Positions 8,716 through 18,044 of a stretch of 25,883 nucleotides of DNA are shown piece after piece. A model generated the notes under the pieces. The model ran no database searches. It had not been told where the DNA came from and worked only from the letters and a program-made list of their open reading frames with translations. The DNA is from a virus. Lineage: Duplodnaviria > Caudoviricetes. The stretch spans positions 1 through 25,883 of the IMG/VR virus record IMGVR_UViG_3300016265_000020, one strand, 5' to 3'. The stretch's first letter is position 1; every line of letters begins with the position of its first letter. The position numbers and the translations under genes were made by a program.

Positions 8716-9621
8716 TTAGTTCGGGCCATAACCAGTATCAGGAATGTTGTCGTATCCGATGAGGACAGTTCCGGGTCTTGGAGCGAACGACAGGTTAGCA
8801 GCGCTCATGTCCTGAGCAAGCACAGTTTCAAGCTCAGTCATGTAATTTCTATACATTGCCGTGGTATCAAAGCCCTTAGCTTCAAAATACTTCAGCTTTG
8901 TAGACAATACCATCAGTCGATCAGGATAAATGCAAGTATCGCTGTCGGCTGTAAATGAATTCTTTGGTGTGCCGTCTGCGCCTTCTGCCCATGCTTGCGA
9001 GCGATACTCGTAGCCAAGTAGCTCATTTGTCGATACGCCGGGCCAAATTTGGAACGTATTACCCAACAAGCGCCAACGAATGCGAGGGCCTGTCGAGATA
9101 TACCCCGACAGCAGCCATTCCCATTGCTGTGCGTCTTCTGGGCCTAGCATCTCCCAATGCTTTGACTTGTCCCAATGCGTCCGTGGCACAGTCGCATCAT
9201 AATCTGCGGGAAGCGGGTACTTCACTTTCATAAAGCACAAGTCTGTGCCGACGTACGTTCCCGTAGACGGTTGGTTCACAGTCACTTGTGTTGCAGAGTC
9301 AACGCTAACGATGTATGTAGCGTTACCAAGACCATTACCCGTCACTTGATACGTTGTGTCAAGTCCTGCTGTCGACGGGATATTGGTAATGGTGTAAGTG
9401 TTAAGAGCAACGTCACCAGTCGTATTTGTGTATGACGTTGTGAATGTATGTTGCTTCGTTAGTCTACGCCAATCGCCTTTTTTCAAAAGCTCATAGCCCG
9501 ATGCGTTCATCAGAGCTAGGATTTGGATAACGTCCTGATTAGTGTTTCCTGCGACTGACGCAGGTGTTGACACACCTAACTCATTTGTCACTTGCGTGAC
9601 TAACTGAAGCATTGTGGACAT
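8716..9621 (-). CDS. Head-to-tail adaptor (P22 gp4 / T7 gp11-like; 301 aa)
   Basis: Helical N-terminus TMLQLVTQVTNELG...ILALMN...W, plus YPLPADY and FQIWP motifs and a C-terminal helix; position downstream of the capsid genes. Confidence 0.75.
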   Translation of the reverse strand: MSTMLQLVTQVTNELGVSTPASVAGNTNQDVIQILALMNASGYELLKKGDWRRLTKQHTFTTSYTNTTGDVALNTYTITNIPSTAGLDTTYQVTGNGLGNATYIVSVDSATQVTVNQPSTGTYVGTDLCFMKVKYPLPADYDATVPRTHWDKSKHWEMLGPEDAQQWEWLLSGYISTGPRIRWRLLGNTFQIWPGVSTNELLGYEYRSQAWAEGADGTPKNSFTADSDTCIYPDRLMVLSTKLKYFEAKGFDTTAMYRNYMTELETVLAQDMSAANLSFAPRPGTVLIGYDNIPDTGYGPN

Positions 9622-10167
9622 TTATTCCTCTTTTTTCGGTCTACCAGCTTTTTTCTCAGCCATAAGCGCTGCAAGTTGCTCTTTAAGTTCAGCTAGTTCC
9701 CGTTTTGTTGTCTCAATCTCAGATTGTCCGTCTGAGCGTGTTTTGTTCAACAAATAGCTTCGAGCTTTCTCACGCAAACCTGCTGCGCCCATTCCTACTT
9801 TCTGAAGCTGCATATCTGAAGCAGTAGCAACCTGCTCAACAGTCTGAAACTTCATAATACTCAATTCTTCAAGCTGCATCTGCGTAATTTCGTCAGGGCG
9901 AGCTGCGTACCAGTCTTTCAACGGTGTGCCAATCAAGTGTGCATCGTTGTTTTGCATCTGATAATGTAGCCATTGGCGAGGGAATCGCTGCTTATGACTT
10001 TCACGCACAGGTTGCTCAACTACGTTTGTCTTATCACCGGGCACTACAATTCTAACAAACGGTTTACCTTCCCACGGCTTTTTTTCGTCCGTTGAAGGGT
10101 GTTGAAAAGTGTAAAACTCAACAAATAATTGTGAGTCTGCATTACGAATATCGCTATCTAGTCCCAA
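9622..10167 (-). CDS. Phage protein of unknown function (181 aa)
   Basis: TTG start preceded by a strong SD (AGGAGAGG at 10171-10178); C-terminal coiled coil followed by basic KKAGRPKKEE tail. Confidence 0.8.
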   Translation of the reverse strand: MGLDSDIRNADSQLFVEFYTFQHPSTDEKKPWEGKPFVRIVVPGDKTNVVEQPVRESHKQRFPRQWLHYQMQNNDAHLIGTPLKDWYAARPDEITQMQLEELSIMKFQTVEQVATASDMQLQKVGMGAAGLREKARSYLLNKTRSDGQSEIETTKRELAELKEQLAALMAEKKAGRPKKEE

Positions 10168-10183
10168 AATCCTCTCCTGTTAG

Positions 10184-10217
10184 ATAAAAGATGGGGGGAA
10201 GGTTGCCCCGCCCCCCG
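10184..10217 (-). terminator. Intrinsic terminator after the capsid/decoration genes
   Basis: Minus strand GGGGGG-C-GGG-GCAA-CCT-T-CCCCCC followed by ATCTTTTAT: a GC stem with a GNRA loop and a short U tract, just downstream of the stop at 10224. Confidence 0.8.
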
Positions 10218-10223
10218 TACAGC

Positions 10224-10520
10224 TTACACCGAAGCTTTGCTGAACCAAGCGTAATCGCCTGACACTAGAGCAACTGCTGGGCTTGTGTAAGCGCCACCAG
10301 AAGCAGTAGCCACAAATGTGCTTGGATCAACCGAGCAATCTGTGTCAGAAGCAGAGATTGATGCGCCAGCTTTCGCCAACACATACAGTTTGCCATCCGA
10401 ACCAAACACTTGCAGCCCAAGAGGGCCTTCGGTTGGGATTGCAGTCCCTGCCGAGTTAGTGTTGGTAGGAACAGTGGTAGTTAGCGTCGTACCAATGACG
10501 TGCGAGACTGAATATGCCAT
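10224..10520 (-). CDS. Putative capsid decoration/cement protein (98 aa)
   Basis: Small beta-type protein (GSDGKLYVLAKAG...GDYAWF) immediately after the MCP and before the terminator; SD AAGGAG. Confidence 0.65.
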   Translation of the reverse strand: MAYSVSHVIGTTLTTTVPTNTNSAGTAIPTEGPLGLQVFGSDGKLYVLAKAGASISASDTDCSVDPSTFVATASGGAYTSPAVALVSGDYAWFSKASV

Positions 10521-10532
10521 GTCTGTTTCTCC

Positions 10533-11534
10533 TTAAGCAATCAACACGCCGCAGAACTGCGGGCCGCTGCTCGTCATGTTACCGGCCCAGCCGATGAGCT
10601 TGACGATAGCATCTTGGTTGACGGCTTGACGCTCGCCACCAATTGGCACGAAGTTACGATCAACGTGAGGACGGAACATGAGGTACTTGGTGTTCAAGAA
10701 CCACATATGGTTTGCAGTAGCGTCGTTACCGATACCACCGTCAAGCACCACGTCCGAAGCCATACCAGCACCGTAATACTTCAGGCTTGCAAAACCAGCA
10801 CCAACGCCAGAGTTGCCACCGTCAGTAATACGCTGAATTGCTTGCAGCGACTGGAGGTACAGGCTGTAGTAGTTGTTGTCGCAAACGATAAGGTCAGGCT
10901 TATCTGTTCCACGAATCAACTGAACAGCAACTGCGTCCATGTACTTCTGAATGTTGGATGCTGAAACAGCAGCCAAACCGTCAGTTGTACCTGAGTAAGC
11001 AACAGAGCGCCAGAACGACCAAGTAGCACGGTTAATGCCACCGTATGTGCCCGACGAAGGAGCATCAGGAACGGCTGCGCCAAGACCAGTGATGTTCTTG
11101 CCGCTGTTACCAGTACCGTCAAGATAAATGTCTTGCGAGATACGGTTAGCCAACTGAGCTTCAGCAACTTGCATACGACCATCGAGCAAGTCGATGATTG
11201 CCTCTTTGCCGCTGTTCTGAATCATTTCCAGACCAGAAATCGACACGGCTGCTGCGTACTGAGTAATCGAGAACTGAGCTGCCGAAATTGGCGAGTTCTG
11301 CGACACGTTCAGCACTTCGTAGCCAGAGTACGAGTTCGTGTTGTCGGTTGCGCTGTCGGTGTACATAATTTCTTGCAAAATTACGTTACCGCCAGAGAAT
11401 GTCTTCACGTTGCCACGTTCTTTTAGGCGGCGCAGTAAAGCGTTGTTGTTTGTGACGTTGTCAGCAAGCTCACCAGTACGGCTTTGAATGTTAGTCGCAA
11501 TGATGTCGCTGATCGAGCTATTGGCAAATGCCAT
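10533..11534 (-). CDS. Major capsid protein (HK97 fold, 333 aa)
   Basis: Size and position after the scaffold gene; motifs LADNVTNNNALL, SGGNVI, YLDGTGNSGKNITGL and TYGGINR. Confidence 0.9.
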   Translation of the reverse strand: MAFANSSISDIIATNIQSRTGELADNVTNNNALLRRLKERGNVKTFSGGNVILQEIMYTDSATDNTNSYSGYEVLNVSQNSPISAAQFSITQYAAAVSISGLEMIQNSGKEAIIDLLDGRMQVAEAQLANRISQDIYLDGTGNSGKNITGLGAAVPDAPSSGTYGGINRATWSFWRSVAYSGTTDGLAAVSASNIQKYMDAVAVQLIRGTDKPDLIVCDNNYYSLYLQSLQAIQRITDGGNSGVGAGFASLKYYGAGMASDVVLDGGIGNDATANHMWFLNTKYLMFRPHVDRNFVPIGGERQAVNQDAIVKLIGWAGNMTSSGPQFCGVLIA

Positions 11535-11554
11535 AATAATCTCCGATTAGGTTA

Positions 11555-12499
11555 TCAAAAGCGCCCACTAAGGCTTTCAATTTGTTCAGCCAATAATGAA
11601 CGTCTATCTTGCGCTTTGGTAGCCGTGTTCACTCCGGGTGTAGAGCTTCGTACGCTGACCGCTGCCGCCCGAGCAGCTTTCGCTGCTTTGTTAGCCGCCT
11701 CTCGTTTTGCAGCTTCAGCTTGAGCTTGTTGGCTTTGCTGTAGCTTGCTAGACAGAGATTCGTCTAGGCGTAATGCTTTGTTGTATGCGTCTTCCAAGTT
11801 TTGCGCCATTCCTGAGTTCAGGAGCTGGATCATTGTTGGACGGGCATCCTCAAAAAACTCGGCTTTTTGAGCAAAACTATCAATTTCGCTTAAAAGAGCT
11901 TGGTTTTGTGCTGCTTCTTGCTGCTGTTTCCATGTCATTACTTCATTTTTAACGCTATAAAGCTCGTTTTGAAGCATTGACACAGTAGGATCGACAGGCT
12001 GTTGTTGCAGATTGCCGATTTCCTGTAAATTTACACCATATTGTTGCGAAAGACTAGCAAACATCTGCGCTTTCTGCTGCGGTGTGCCGTGGCGCAAGAC
12101 GTTATCTGCGTCCATTAGCGCTTTAATCGCTTGCGGTGGTTCAATCCCAAGCGTTCTTAGATTGTTTTGGTACGGTTCAATCGCTTGTTGAATTTGATCT
12201 GCAAACTGTGCTTTAGAAAGTAGCGGTTCTACGCCACGCTTCATTTCTTCTTCACGTTGCCAAGCGTATTCTTTCAGTTTTGGGTCTGCGGTTTGCCAGA
12301 CTTCGTGATAATCCTTCTTCCACGACGCTGGGGGGCGCTCCCAAACAGGAGGTTCTGCCTGTGGTTCTGCTTCAGGCGTTTCAATTGCTGGTTGCACAGT
12401 TTCAGCGGGTGTTGCCTCTACTTGCTGTTGAGCCTCGTCAAACTGCTGTGACAGTAATTCTCGACGATCAAGTTGCTCAACCTTTTCAGCTTCGCTCAT
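11555..12499 (-). CDS. Scaffolding protein (314 aa)
   Basis: Glu/Gln/Ala-rich coiled coil, PPASWKK motif, basic C-terminal segment; immediately upstream of the MCP. Confidence 0.8.
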   Translation of the reverse strand: MSEAEKVEQLDRRELLSQQFDEAQQQVEATPAETVQPAIETPEAEPQAEPPVWERPPASWKKDYHEVWQTADPKLKEYAWQREEEMKRGVEPLLSKAQFADQIQQAIEPYQNNLRTLGIEPPQAIKALMDADNVLRHGTPQQKAQMFASLSQQYGVNLQEIGNLQQQPVDPTVSMLQNELYSVKNEVMTWKQQQEAAQNQALLSEIDSFAQKAEFFEDARPTMIQLLNSGMAQNLEDAYNKALRLDESLSSKLQQSQQAQAEAAKREAANKAAKAARAAAVSVRSSTPGVNTATKAQDRRSLLAEQIESLSGRF

Positions 12500-12509
12500 T
12501 TATACTCCC

Positions 12510-12836
12510 TCAAGTAAATTTTCTGCGTAATTGCTTCAAAATTTGCTGCGCTTGCTTGTGCGTCATGTTGCCAAGCTGCTGACGTAGCACTTCTTTGCGG
12601 TTGTTCGACGAGATGGGCGTGTATTTCGTTTCCATCTTTTCGTTACCAACCTCAATACAGCCGTGAGCTTGCAGGTGTTCACGGTGTCTTGATCTGCTTG
12701 TAATCATTGAGCCATCAATCATGCTTTTGTACGGCTGTATGTCTGGCATCACGAACGGGCCGTGTATCTTTTCAAGATGCTCATCAGACCCTTTCTCGAC
12801 TAATTTGCCATCGACGTAAACGTAAGTCTTTCTCAT
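12510..12836 (-). CDS. Phage protein of unknown function (108 aa)
   Basis: MPDIQPYKSMIDGSMITSRSRHREHL...GCIEVGNE motif, recognised as recurring in phage head modules; ATGA overlap with the upstream gene. Confidence 0.75.
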   Translation of the reverse strand: MRKTYVYVDGKLVEKGSDEHLEKIHGPFVMPDIQPYKSMIDGSMITSRSRHREHLQAHGCIEVGNEKMETKYTPISSNNRKEVLRQQLGNMTHKQAQQILKQLRRKFT

Positions 12837-13273
12837 AACAGCGCTAAGACCTCCTCATCGTCCATTTCAATGTATGCGTCATAAATCTGCTGCACTCGTG
12901 CTAAGTCAGCCATTAGTGCGTCAAAGTCAACGGTATTGATAAAATCTATTGACTTTAGTTCGCTTATTGTAGCTTCCTTAATGTAGGGTGCGGCTATTTC
13001 TTCGGCGACTAAGGGTTTACCCTCAACAATGTGTTCAAACAGCGCAACAACTTCGTCCCGGCGCTTCTTCGCTTTTGCTGATTCTTCTGCTAGACGTTTT
13101 TTGCGTTTCTTGTCCCCATCGTGCATATCAATATCAATGACAGGCACAACGCCGCCAACAGTGCCTGTAAACGAGCCTGTGTCGTTTTCGTCTGTAGCGT
13201 TTAATACGCCAGTGACGGTGAGCGTCTGAAACGCATTGGGTTGAAACGCATTAAGCTGAAAAGCTGCTGTCAT
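12833..13273 (-). CDS. Putative virion accessory protein (146 aa)
   Basis: N-terminal AFQ repeats (AAFQ-LNAFQ-PNAFQ), basic middle, acidic-hydrophobic C-terminus DDEEVLALL; ATGA overlaps at both ends. Confidence 0.7.
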   Translation of the reverse strand: MTAAFQLNAFQPNAFQTLTVTGVLNATDENDTGSFTGTVGGVVPVIDIDMHDGDKKRKKRLAEESAKAKKRRDEVVALFEHIVEGKPLVAEEIAAPYIKEATISELKSIDFINTVDFDALMADLARVQQIYDAYIEMDDEEVLALL

Positions 13274-15138
13274 ACGACTGTCCAGACGCTACCGGATGGG
13301 ACTGTGACTGTTACGCCAGACGCAATGGTGATTGGCCCTGCGCTCATAGCGTTATTACCTGATGCAATTGTATAGTTTGAGCTAATTGTCGCAGCGTTTT
13401 CCCAAATACCAGTGGCTGTAATGTTGCTGCTTGCAACGCTTGCCCATGTGCCATCGCCACGCCAATATGTGCTAGATGTTGCACCTGTGCCGCTATTTAG
13501 GTTGGTAACAGGCAAATTGCCCGTCACTTGCGTTGCAAGACTTACGTTTGACAATGCGCCGCCAAGCGTTAGGTTGCCGCTTGATGTGACTGTGCCTGTT
13601 AGCGTAATGCCGTTGACTGTGCCTGTGCCACCTACGCTTGTAACCGAGCCTGAGCCTTTGTTGTTAAACGTAGTCCAGTCGGTGCTCGTCAAATAACCAT
13701 TAGTTGACCCGTTTGCAGCAGGCATTGCAACTGTTGGCGTTGTGCCGCCTGTGCTTGTAATTGGGCTTGTCGCACTAACCGACGTAACATAAGTTCCCGC
13801 AGGCTGTTTACTGTTAAAAGTTGTCCAGTCTGTGCTTGTCAGATACCCGTCTGTTGTGCCGTTCGCAGCAGCCATACTGATTGCTGGCGTTGCACCGCCT
13901 GACGATACAACTGGTGCTGTGCCCGTAACCGATGTGACACCGGTGTTGGCAACCGTAATTGCGCCTGCACCATTCGTAACAGATATGCCTGTTCCTGCGC
14001 TAATGCTTGCGTTCTTCCAATACCCTGCAACAGCGTCATAAATCAGTGTGTTGCCGCTTGTTGGTGTGCCAATCTGTACGTTTGAGTCTGTGCCGCCAAG
14101 CTGTGAGCCAGAGTCAATGCGAATCAAAATCGTACCGCCGCCGCTTGATCCACCGTTAATTACAGCCGCCATTTGCACTTTTACGTTTGGTGCGCTTGGT
14201 TTTGTTGCTGTTAACCCACCAGTTACCGCAGGGTTGTACCAAAGAATTTCGCCATCAGCGTATGTTGACGTATTGACGTTGCGTAGCGTTCCAAACGTCT
14301 GCACAAGTCCAAAACCGTTTGTAGCAACAGTTTCCGCAGCAATACCCATAATGTATGTGCCATCAGCAATACCTGTTGCTGGCGCACCTGTAGGCACTCC
14401 GCTTGCACCAACAGCGCCTGTAAACATTACGACTTGACCCTTCGTAACAGCAGACGATGCTTTGTAATAAAAGAATTGATCTTCGCCGATGTGCTGCGTG
14501 ACGTTGCCACCAGCCATGCCTAGACCTAACGTATTGTTGCCGTCCCAACCCAATTGCCCAGCCGTCAAAGCTGTTGCATACGCTGTGTCAAACTGAATGT
14601 AATCAGGGCTAGAAATGCTTCCTGTCACGCCCGTCATTGACGTGATGTTTGTGTTTGTGGGTGCGTTTGCTGCACCGCTGATGTCACCGACAGCCAAAAC
14701 GACTGTGCCTGTGTAGCCGTTGACTGACGTAACTGCGTCTGTGTTATCAATCTTTTGCCATGCTGTGCCGTTATACACAGCCATGTCACCCACGTTCCAG
14801 CTAGTTATACCGTCTAAGTTGGTAGAGCCAGCAACGCTCACAGCGTAGTAATAGCCTTTTGTGCCGACACCAGAAGCTAGTGTAGGCGTGTTCGTTGATG
14901 CGTTCCATGTGCCTTGATAGTTTAGCGAACCTTGAATTGATGCGGGAATCTGACTAAGCGGTACTGTGCCGCCACCGTCAAGCGTAGCAACACCGTTTGC
15001 AACACCTGCGTTTAGTTCTGCTGCTGTGCCAAGACCAACAATTGTATGGTCTGCGTTCCAATTACTTGGGCGCACTAAACTTGTATCCGCACCATCAGGA
15101 ACTGTGCTTACAAATGGGTGTTTTACGGTGACTGTCAT
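13270..15138 (-). CDS. Fibre-like structural protein encoded in the head module (622 aa)
   Basis: Thr/Gly/Ser/Ala-rich; fibre motifs GVATLDGGGTVPLSQIP, YQGTWNASTNTP, VTSVNGYTGTVVL, GYLTSTDWTTFN (twice) and YWRGDGTW; C-terminal module shared with 368..1060. Confidence 0.8.
   Translation of the reverse strand: MTVTVKHPFVSTVPDGADTSLVRPSNWNADHTIVGLGTAAELNAGVANGVATLDGGGTVPLSQIPASIQGSLNYQGTWNASTNTPTLASGVGTKGYYYAVSVAGSTNLDGITSWNVGDMAVYNGTAWQKIDNTDAVTSVNGYTGTVVLAVGDISGAANAPTNTNITSMTGVTGSISSPDYIQFDTAYATALTAGQLGWDGNNTLGLGMAGGNVTQHIGEDQFFYYKASSAVTKGQVVMFTGAVGASGVPTGAPATGIADGTYIMGIAAETVATNGFGLVQTFGTLRNVNTSTYADGEILWYNPAVTGGLTATKPSAPNVKVQMAAVINGGSSGGGTILIRIDSGSQLGGTDSNVQIGTPTSGNTLIYDAVAGYWKNASISAGTGISVTNGAGAITVANTGVTSVTGTAPVVSSGGATPAISMAAANGTTDGYLTSTDWTTFNSKQPAGTYVTSVSATSPITSTGGTTPTVAMPAANGSTNGYLTSTDWTTFNNKGSGSVTSVGGTGTVNGITLTGTVTSSGNLTLGGALSNVSLATQVTGNLPVTNLNSGTGATSSTYWRGDGTWASVASSNITATGIWENAATISSNYTIASGNNAMSAGPITIASGVTVTVPSGSVWTVV
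13640..13940 (-). repeat. Two ~50-aa tandem repeats in the head-module fibre
   Basis: VTSV...GGxTPxxxMxAANGxTxGYLTSTDWTTFN occurs twice; cores at ~13664-13698 and ~13814-13848 (150 nt period). Confidence 0.85.
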
Positions 15139-15530
15139 GCGTTACCCCGAATAATCGTCCCTGCGGTAATGTCAACGCTTTGACCCGCAGCAATGTCAAC
15201 AGTGTTCAATATTAAATCTGCGCCGGACAATCCTACAGAACCGTCCATTACGACAGAATTATCAGATTTAAATATGCGAAAAAAGCTCGCAGTGCCCGAT
15301 GCTGCCGCATTGGTTTGAGTCACAGCGCCTAGTGTTAGCGTCCCGTCTGTGTCTGTGCCAAATACGCCAGCAATCGGTAGTGCTACGAGAAGTACCTGCG
15401 AAGTAATCGCTGTATTCGCATTTGCAGGTTGTGTGCCTGAGTACAGACAAAAGAGCGTATTCGTTCCAGCATAAGTTATCAACCCCTCATTTTGAGCGTG
15501 TCTTGTTGCGTTGGAATAGTAGAGCGTCAT
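15135..15530 (-). CDS. Putative virion structural protein (131 aa)
   Basis: LYSGTQPANANTA...ASGTASFFRI...DGSVGLSGADL, a beta-rich motif set recognised from phage structural proteins; ATGA-coupled to the portal and to the fibre gene. Confidence 0.7.
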   Translation of the reverse strand: MTLYYSNATRHAQNEGLITYAGTNTLFCLYSGTQPANANTAITSQVLLVALPIAGVFGTDTDGTLTLGAVTQTNAAASGTASFFRIFKSDNSVVMDGSVGLSGADLILNTVDIAAGQSVDITAGTIIRGNA

Positions 15531-17725
15531 TGCACAACCTCAACACCGACAACTTTACCGTCTGCGCCACGAATGACACGTTTTGGTGCTGCTGCTGCGT
15601 TCTTCACGCCTTCAATCTGGCTAATTGTCTGCGCTTGCATCTGGAGCATATTTTGATGCAATTCAGCCATCTTGTTAAGCGCATCATTCAAGCTTGCGCC
15701 AAGCTGTTGAACCATCTGCTTAGACTGTAACTCTTGAGCTTCAAGAAGCGGCACGTCAACGCCGGGGTTTGCCGCAATGCGAGCAAGGTTAAGTTTGTTC
15801 TGTGCTTCAAACTGCACTTTCCAAGCTTCAAAGTCTTGCTTTTGCTTCTCAAGCGCTGCTTCGCTTTGCATCTTAATTTGCTCGATTTGCATATCAGCCT
15901 CTGCCCTAGCTTGCTCACGCTGTTGCTCAACTTGCATCTTGACCATTTCAGGATCAGGTTGCGGTGGCTGTTGCGCTGCCATCGCTTGCTTCTGTTTAAG
16001 CTGCTCCATCGCTTGATCTATCGTACCCTCAATCGGTTCAGCTTGCTTGTATGCAGATACGCCAAACTTGACCATATCAACGAGCAACGGCACAAGCTCA
16101 GGCGCTTGTTGACCCATTGGCAACGCCTGCGACAAGAAGCCACCCATTGCTTGCAGGAACTCAACCCTGTCACGCTTGTTCTGGTTCTCATCAATCTGCA
16201 CAAGACTGTCTGCCGCAACCTCAATTCTGAAGTTACGCAGCACTTTGTCTTTAATCAGCATCAATGCTTGAGGCACAAGCTGTTTGTCAGCCTCGCTCAT
16301 CTGTTCAGCAGCAGCGTATTGAATGATTGTCTGCGGTTGAAACTTTGAGCAAATGATTTGCGCTTTGAGACGGATTAGTTCTGAGGCGAAAAGTGCCACG
16401 TCTTCTTGCATTGAGCGGAGTCGCAGCCCGGCGTACTGTCCTTTGATTTGTTGGGCTGTCGCTGTTTCGCTTGCCGCAGTTTGACCACGAACAATGTCTG
16501 AAATACCCGTGATTTCATAGATTTGCGCCTTGATTTCGTCCCTAGCCCGATAGCATTGAATCAATGCACCTGCAATCTGGTCAATAGGAAGAATGTCAAT
16601 AGAACCTTTCAAACCGCCTTTTTCGCTAAATCCCATCCATTTATCGACAGGAATCAACGTATTGTTATCGCCTTCAGTCAGCAAGCGCTGCAAAGCTGGT
16701 TGTGATGCGTCATACACGCCACGAATACGCAGAGCTTTGACTAAACCGTCAATTCTGTCAGTCAAAATGTCCAATTCTGTCGCTTGATCTTGATACAACA
16801 CAAAATCAGGGATAGGAATCAGCGTGTCGCTTGTCATTGTTGCGAACAACGGCTTGGCGCATGGGAAGAATCCCTCTAAACCTAGCGGGTCATCACGCTC
16901 ATCAATGATTTGACCGACGTTTTTGCTAAACCAGTAGACTTTTTCAGTCTCTAAGTCCCACAATTCGCAGATTTTTGCTCGTGTGAAGTCACGATTTGCT
17001 TGACCGTACTGTTTGTTGGTCTCAGGGCCTGCATCCAGCGGTATCTTGTTACCCGTTTCCTCGCCAAAACGCTCAATCAGCGCCTCACGAGTCATGTACA
17101 CCCAGCGCCACACCTGCGTGACTTCTTCCCATGTGCGAGCAACTGTGTGCCCGAAGTCTTTCCAATGCACATAGTCTGTGGGGGCGCATTCGTACTCGAT
17201 TTCCTCTTGTGGTTCAGCGTTCATGCCTGCCGAACCATCGTAGTTATCCACAGGGTTTGGACTATCGCCTGTCTCTTTGTCTACGTCTTCAGTAATTTGA
17301 TAGCCATCGTCTGGCATATCCTGCGCTATAACGTGCGGTTCATAGCGAACCCACGCCACGCCACGCCCACCGAGGAATCTGTCCTCAACAGCGTGACGCA
17401 TGGCGCTACGAAAGTCAGAATAATGCTCAATTTCAAAGTCTAACGAGCGTTCAATAAGTTGTGAAGCAACACGTCCAACTGGATCGTTATCGCCAAAACG
17501 TCGACTAACAGCAGCTTTGGGCAACCGAGCGTAAACAGCAGGGATTAACGTCTGTACGTTAGCCCACAAAATGTTGAATTTTGCTGTTTCGTTTGTGTGT
17601 TGACTGCGGTTGTCATCTCGATAGCGTTTAACTATCTTGTGTGTTCGTGCTTCCCACTTTTTGAATTCGTTGTCGTACTGCCCAACGATATTCAAATACT
17701 TCTGAATGCCTGTTAGAGCTTCCAT
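15527..17725 (-). CDS. Portal protein (732 aa) with long C-terminal coiled-coil barrel
   Basis: FNILWANVQTLIP, GRGVAWVRY and YEITGISDIVRG...ETATAQ motifs; Gln/Glu-rich C-terminal coiled coil as in the P22 portal; located after TerL. Confidence 0.9.
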   Translation of the reverse strand: MEALTGIQKYLNIVGQYDNEFKKWEARTHKIVKRYRDDNRSQHTNETAKFNILWANVQTLIPAVYARLPKAAVSRRFGDNDPVGRVASQLIERSLDFEIEHYSDFRSAMRHAVEDRFLGGRGVAWVRYEPHVIAQDMPDDGYQITEDVDKETGDSPNPVDNYDGSAGMNAEPQEEIEYECAPTDYVHWKDFGHTVARTWEEVTQVWRWVYMTREALIERFGEETGNKIPLDAGPETNKQYGQANRDFTRAKICELWDLETEKVYWFSKNVGQIIDERDDPLGLEGFFPCAKPLFATMTSDTLIPIPDFVLYQDQATELDILTDRIDGLVKALRIRGVYDASQPALQRLLTEGDNNTLIPVDKWMGFSEKGGLKGSIDILPIDQIAGALIQCYRARDEIKAQIYEITGISDIVRGQTAASETATAQQIKGQYAGLRLRSMQEDVALFASELIRLKAQIICSKFQPQTIIQYAAAEQMSEADKQLVPQALMLIKDKVLRNFRIEVAADSLVQIDENQNKRDRVEFLQAMGGFLSQALPMGQQAPELVPLLVDMVKFGVSAYKQAEPIEGTIDQAMEQLKQKQAMAAQQPPQPDPEMVKMQVEQQREQARAEADMQIEQIKMQSEAALEKQKQDFEAWKVQFEAQNKLNLARIAANPGVDVPLLEAQELQSKQMVQQLGASLNDALNKMAELHQNMLQMQAQTISQIEGVKNAAAAPKRVIRGADGKVVGVEVVQ

Positions 17726-17735
17726 TTAGAACCTC

Positions 17736-18044
17736 TTAGCTGAATTGACCAACCGCCACTACTGTAACGCCTGCGCCTGTCGTGACTTTCCAACCTGAAG
17801 TCAAAGAAGCCATGTCTAGCTCAATGTCTAGCACACCAACGCCGCTACCTAAGTTTGCAGGAACAACGGGAATGGCTGTTACGCCATCAGTCAATGTGAC
17901 TGTTGATGTTGCTGCTGTGTTAACTGTGACGATTAGACGGTGCAAATAGTCACCTGCTGCGCCTGAGCCACCCAGCACTTGCGCTGTTTGACTGGCTGCT
18001 ACTGTTTCGTATTGGTATCCATAACCACGTTCAATGCCGCTCAT
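17736..18044 (-). CDS. Small beta-rich phage protein (102 aa)
   Basis: ATGA overlap with TerL; Val/Thr/Gly-rich; fills the TerL-portal gap. Confidence 0.75.
   Translation of the reverse strand: MSGIERGYGYQYETVAASQTAQVLGGSGAAGDYLHRLIVTVNTAATSTVTLTDGVTAIPVVPANLGSGVGVLDIELDMASLTSGWKVTTGAGVTVVAVGQFS

Noticed and set aside
10520-10560. Programmed frameshift or readthrough extending the major capsid protein
   Set aside because: No slippery heptamer near the TAA, and the downstream gene has its own SD and ATG.
368-13401. The two similar fibre C-termini as a diversity-generating retroelement TR/VR pair or invertible cassette
   Set aside because: Divergence is spread across all base types rather than adenine-specific, both copies are coding and in direct orientation, and there is no reverse transcriptase or invertase in the window.
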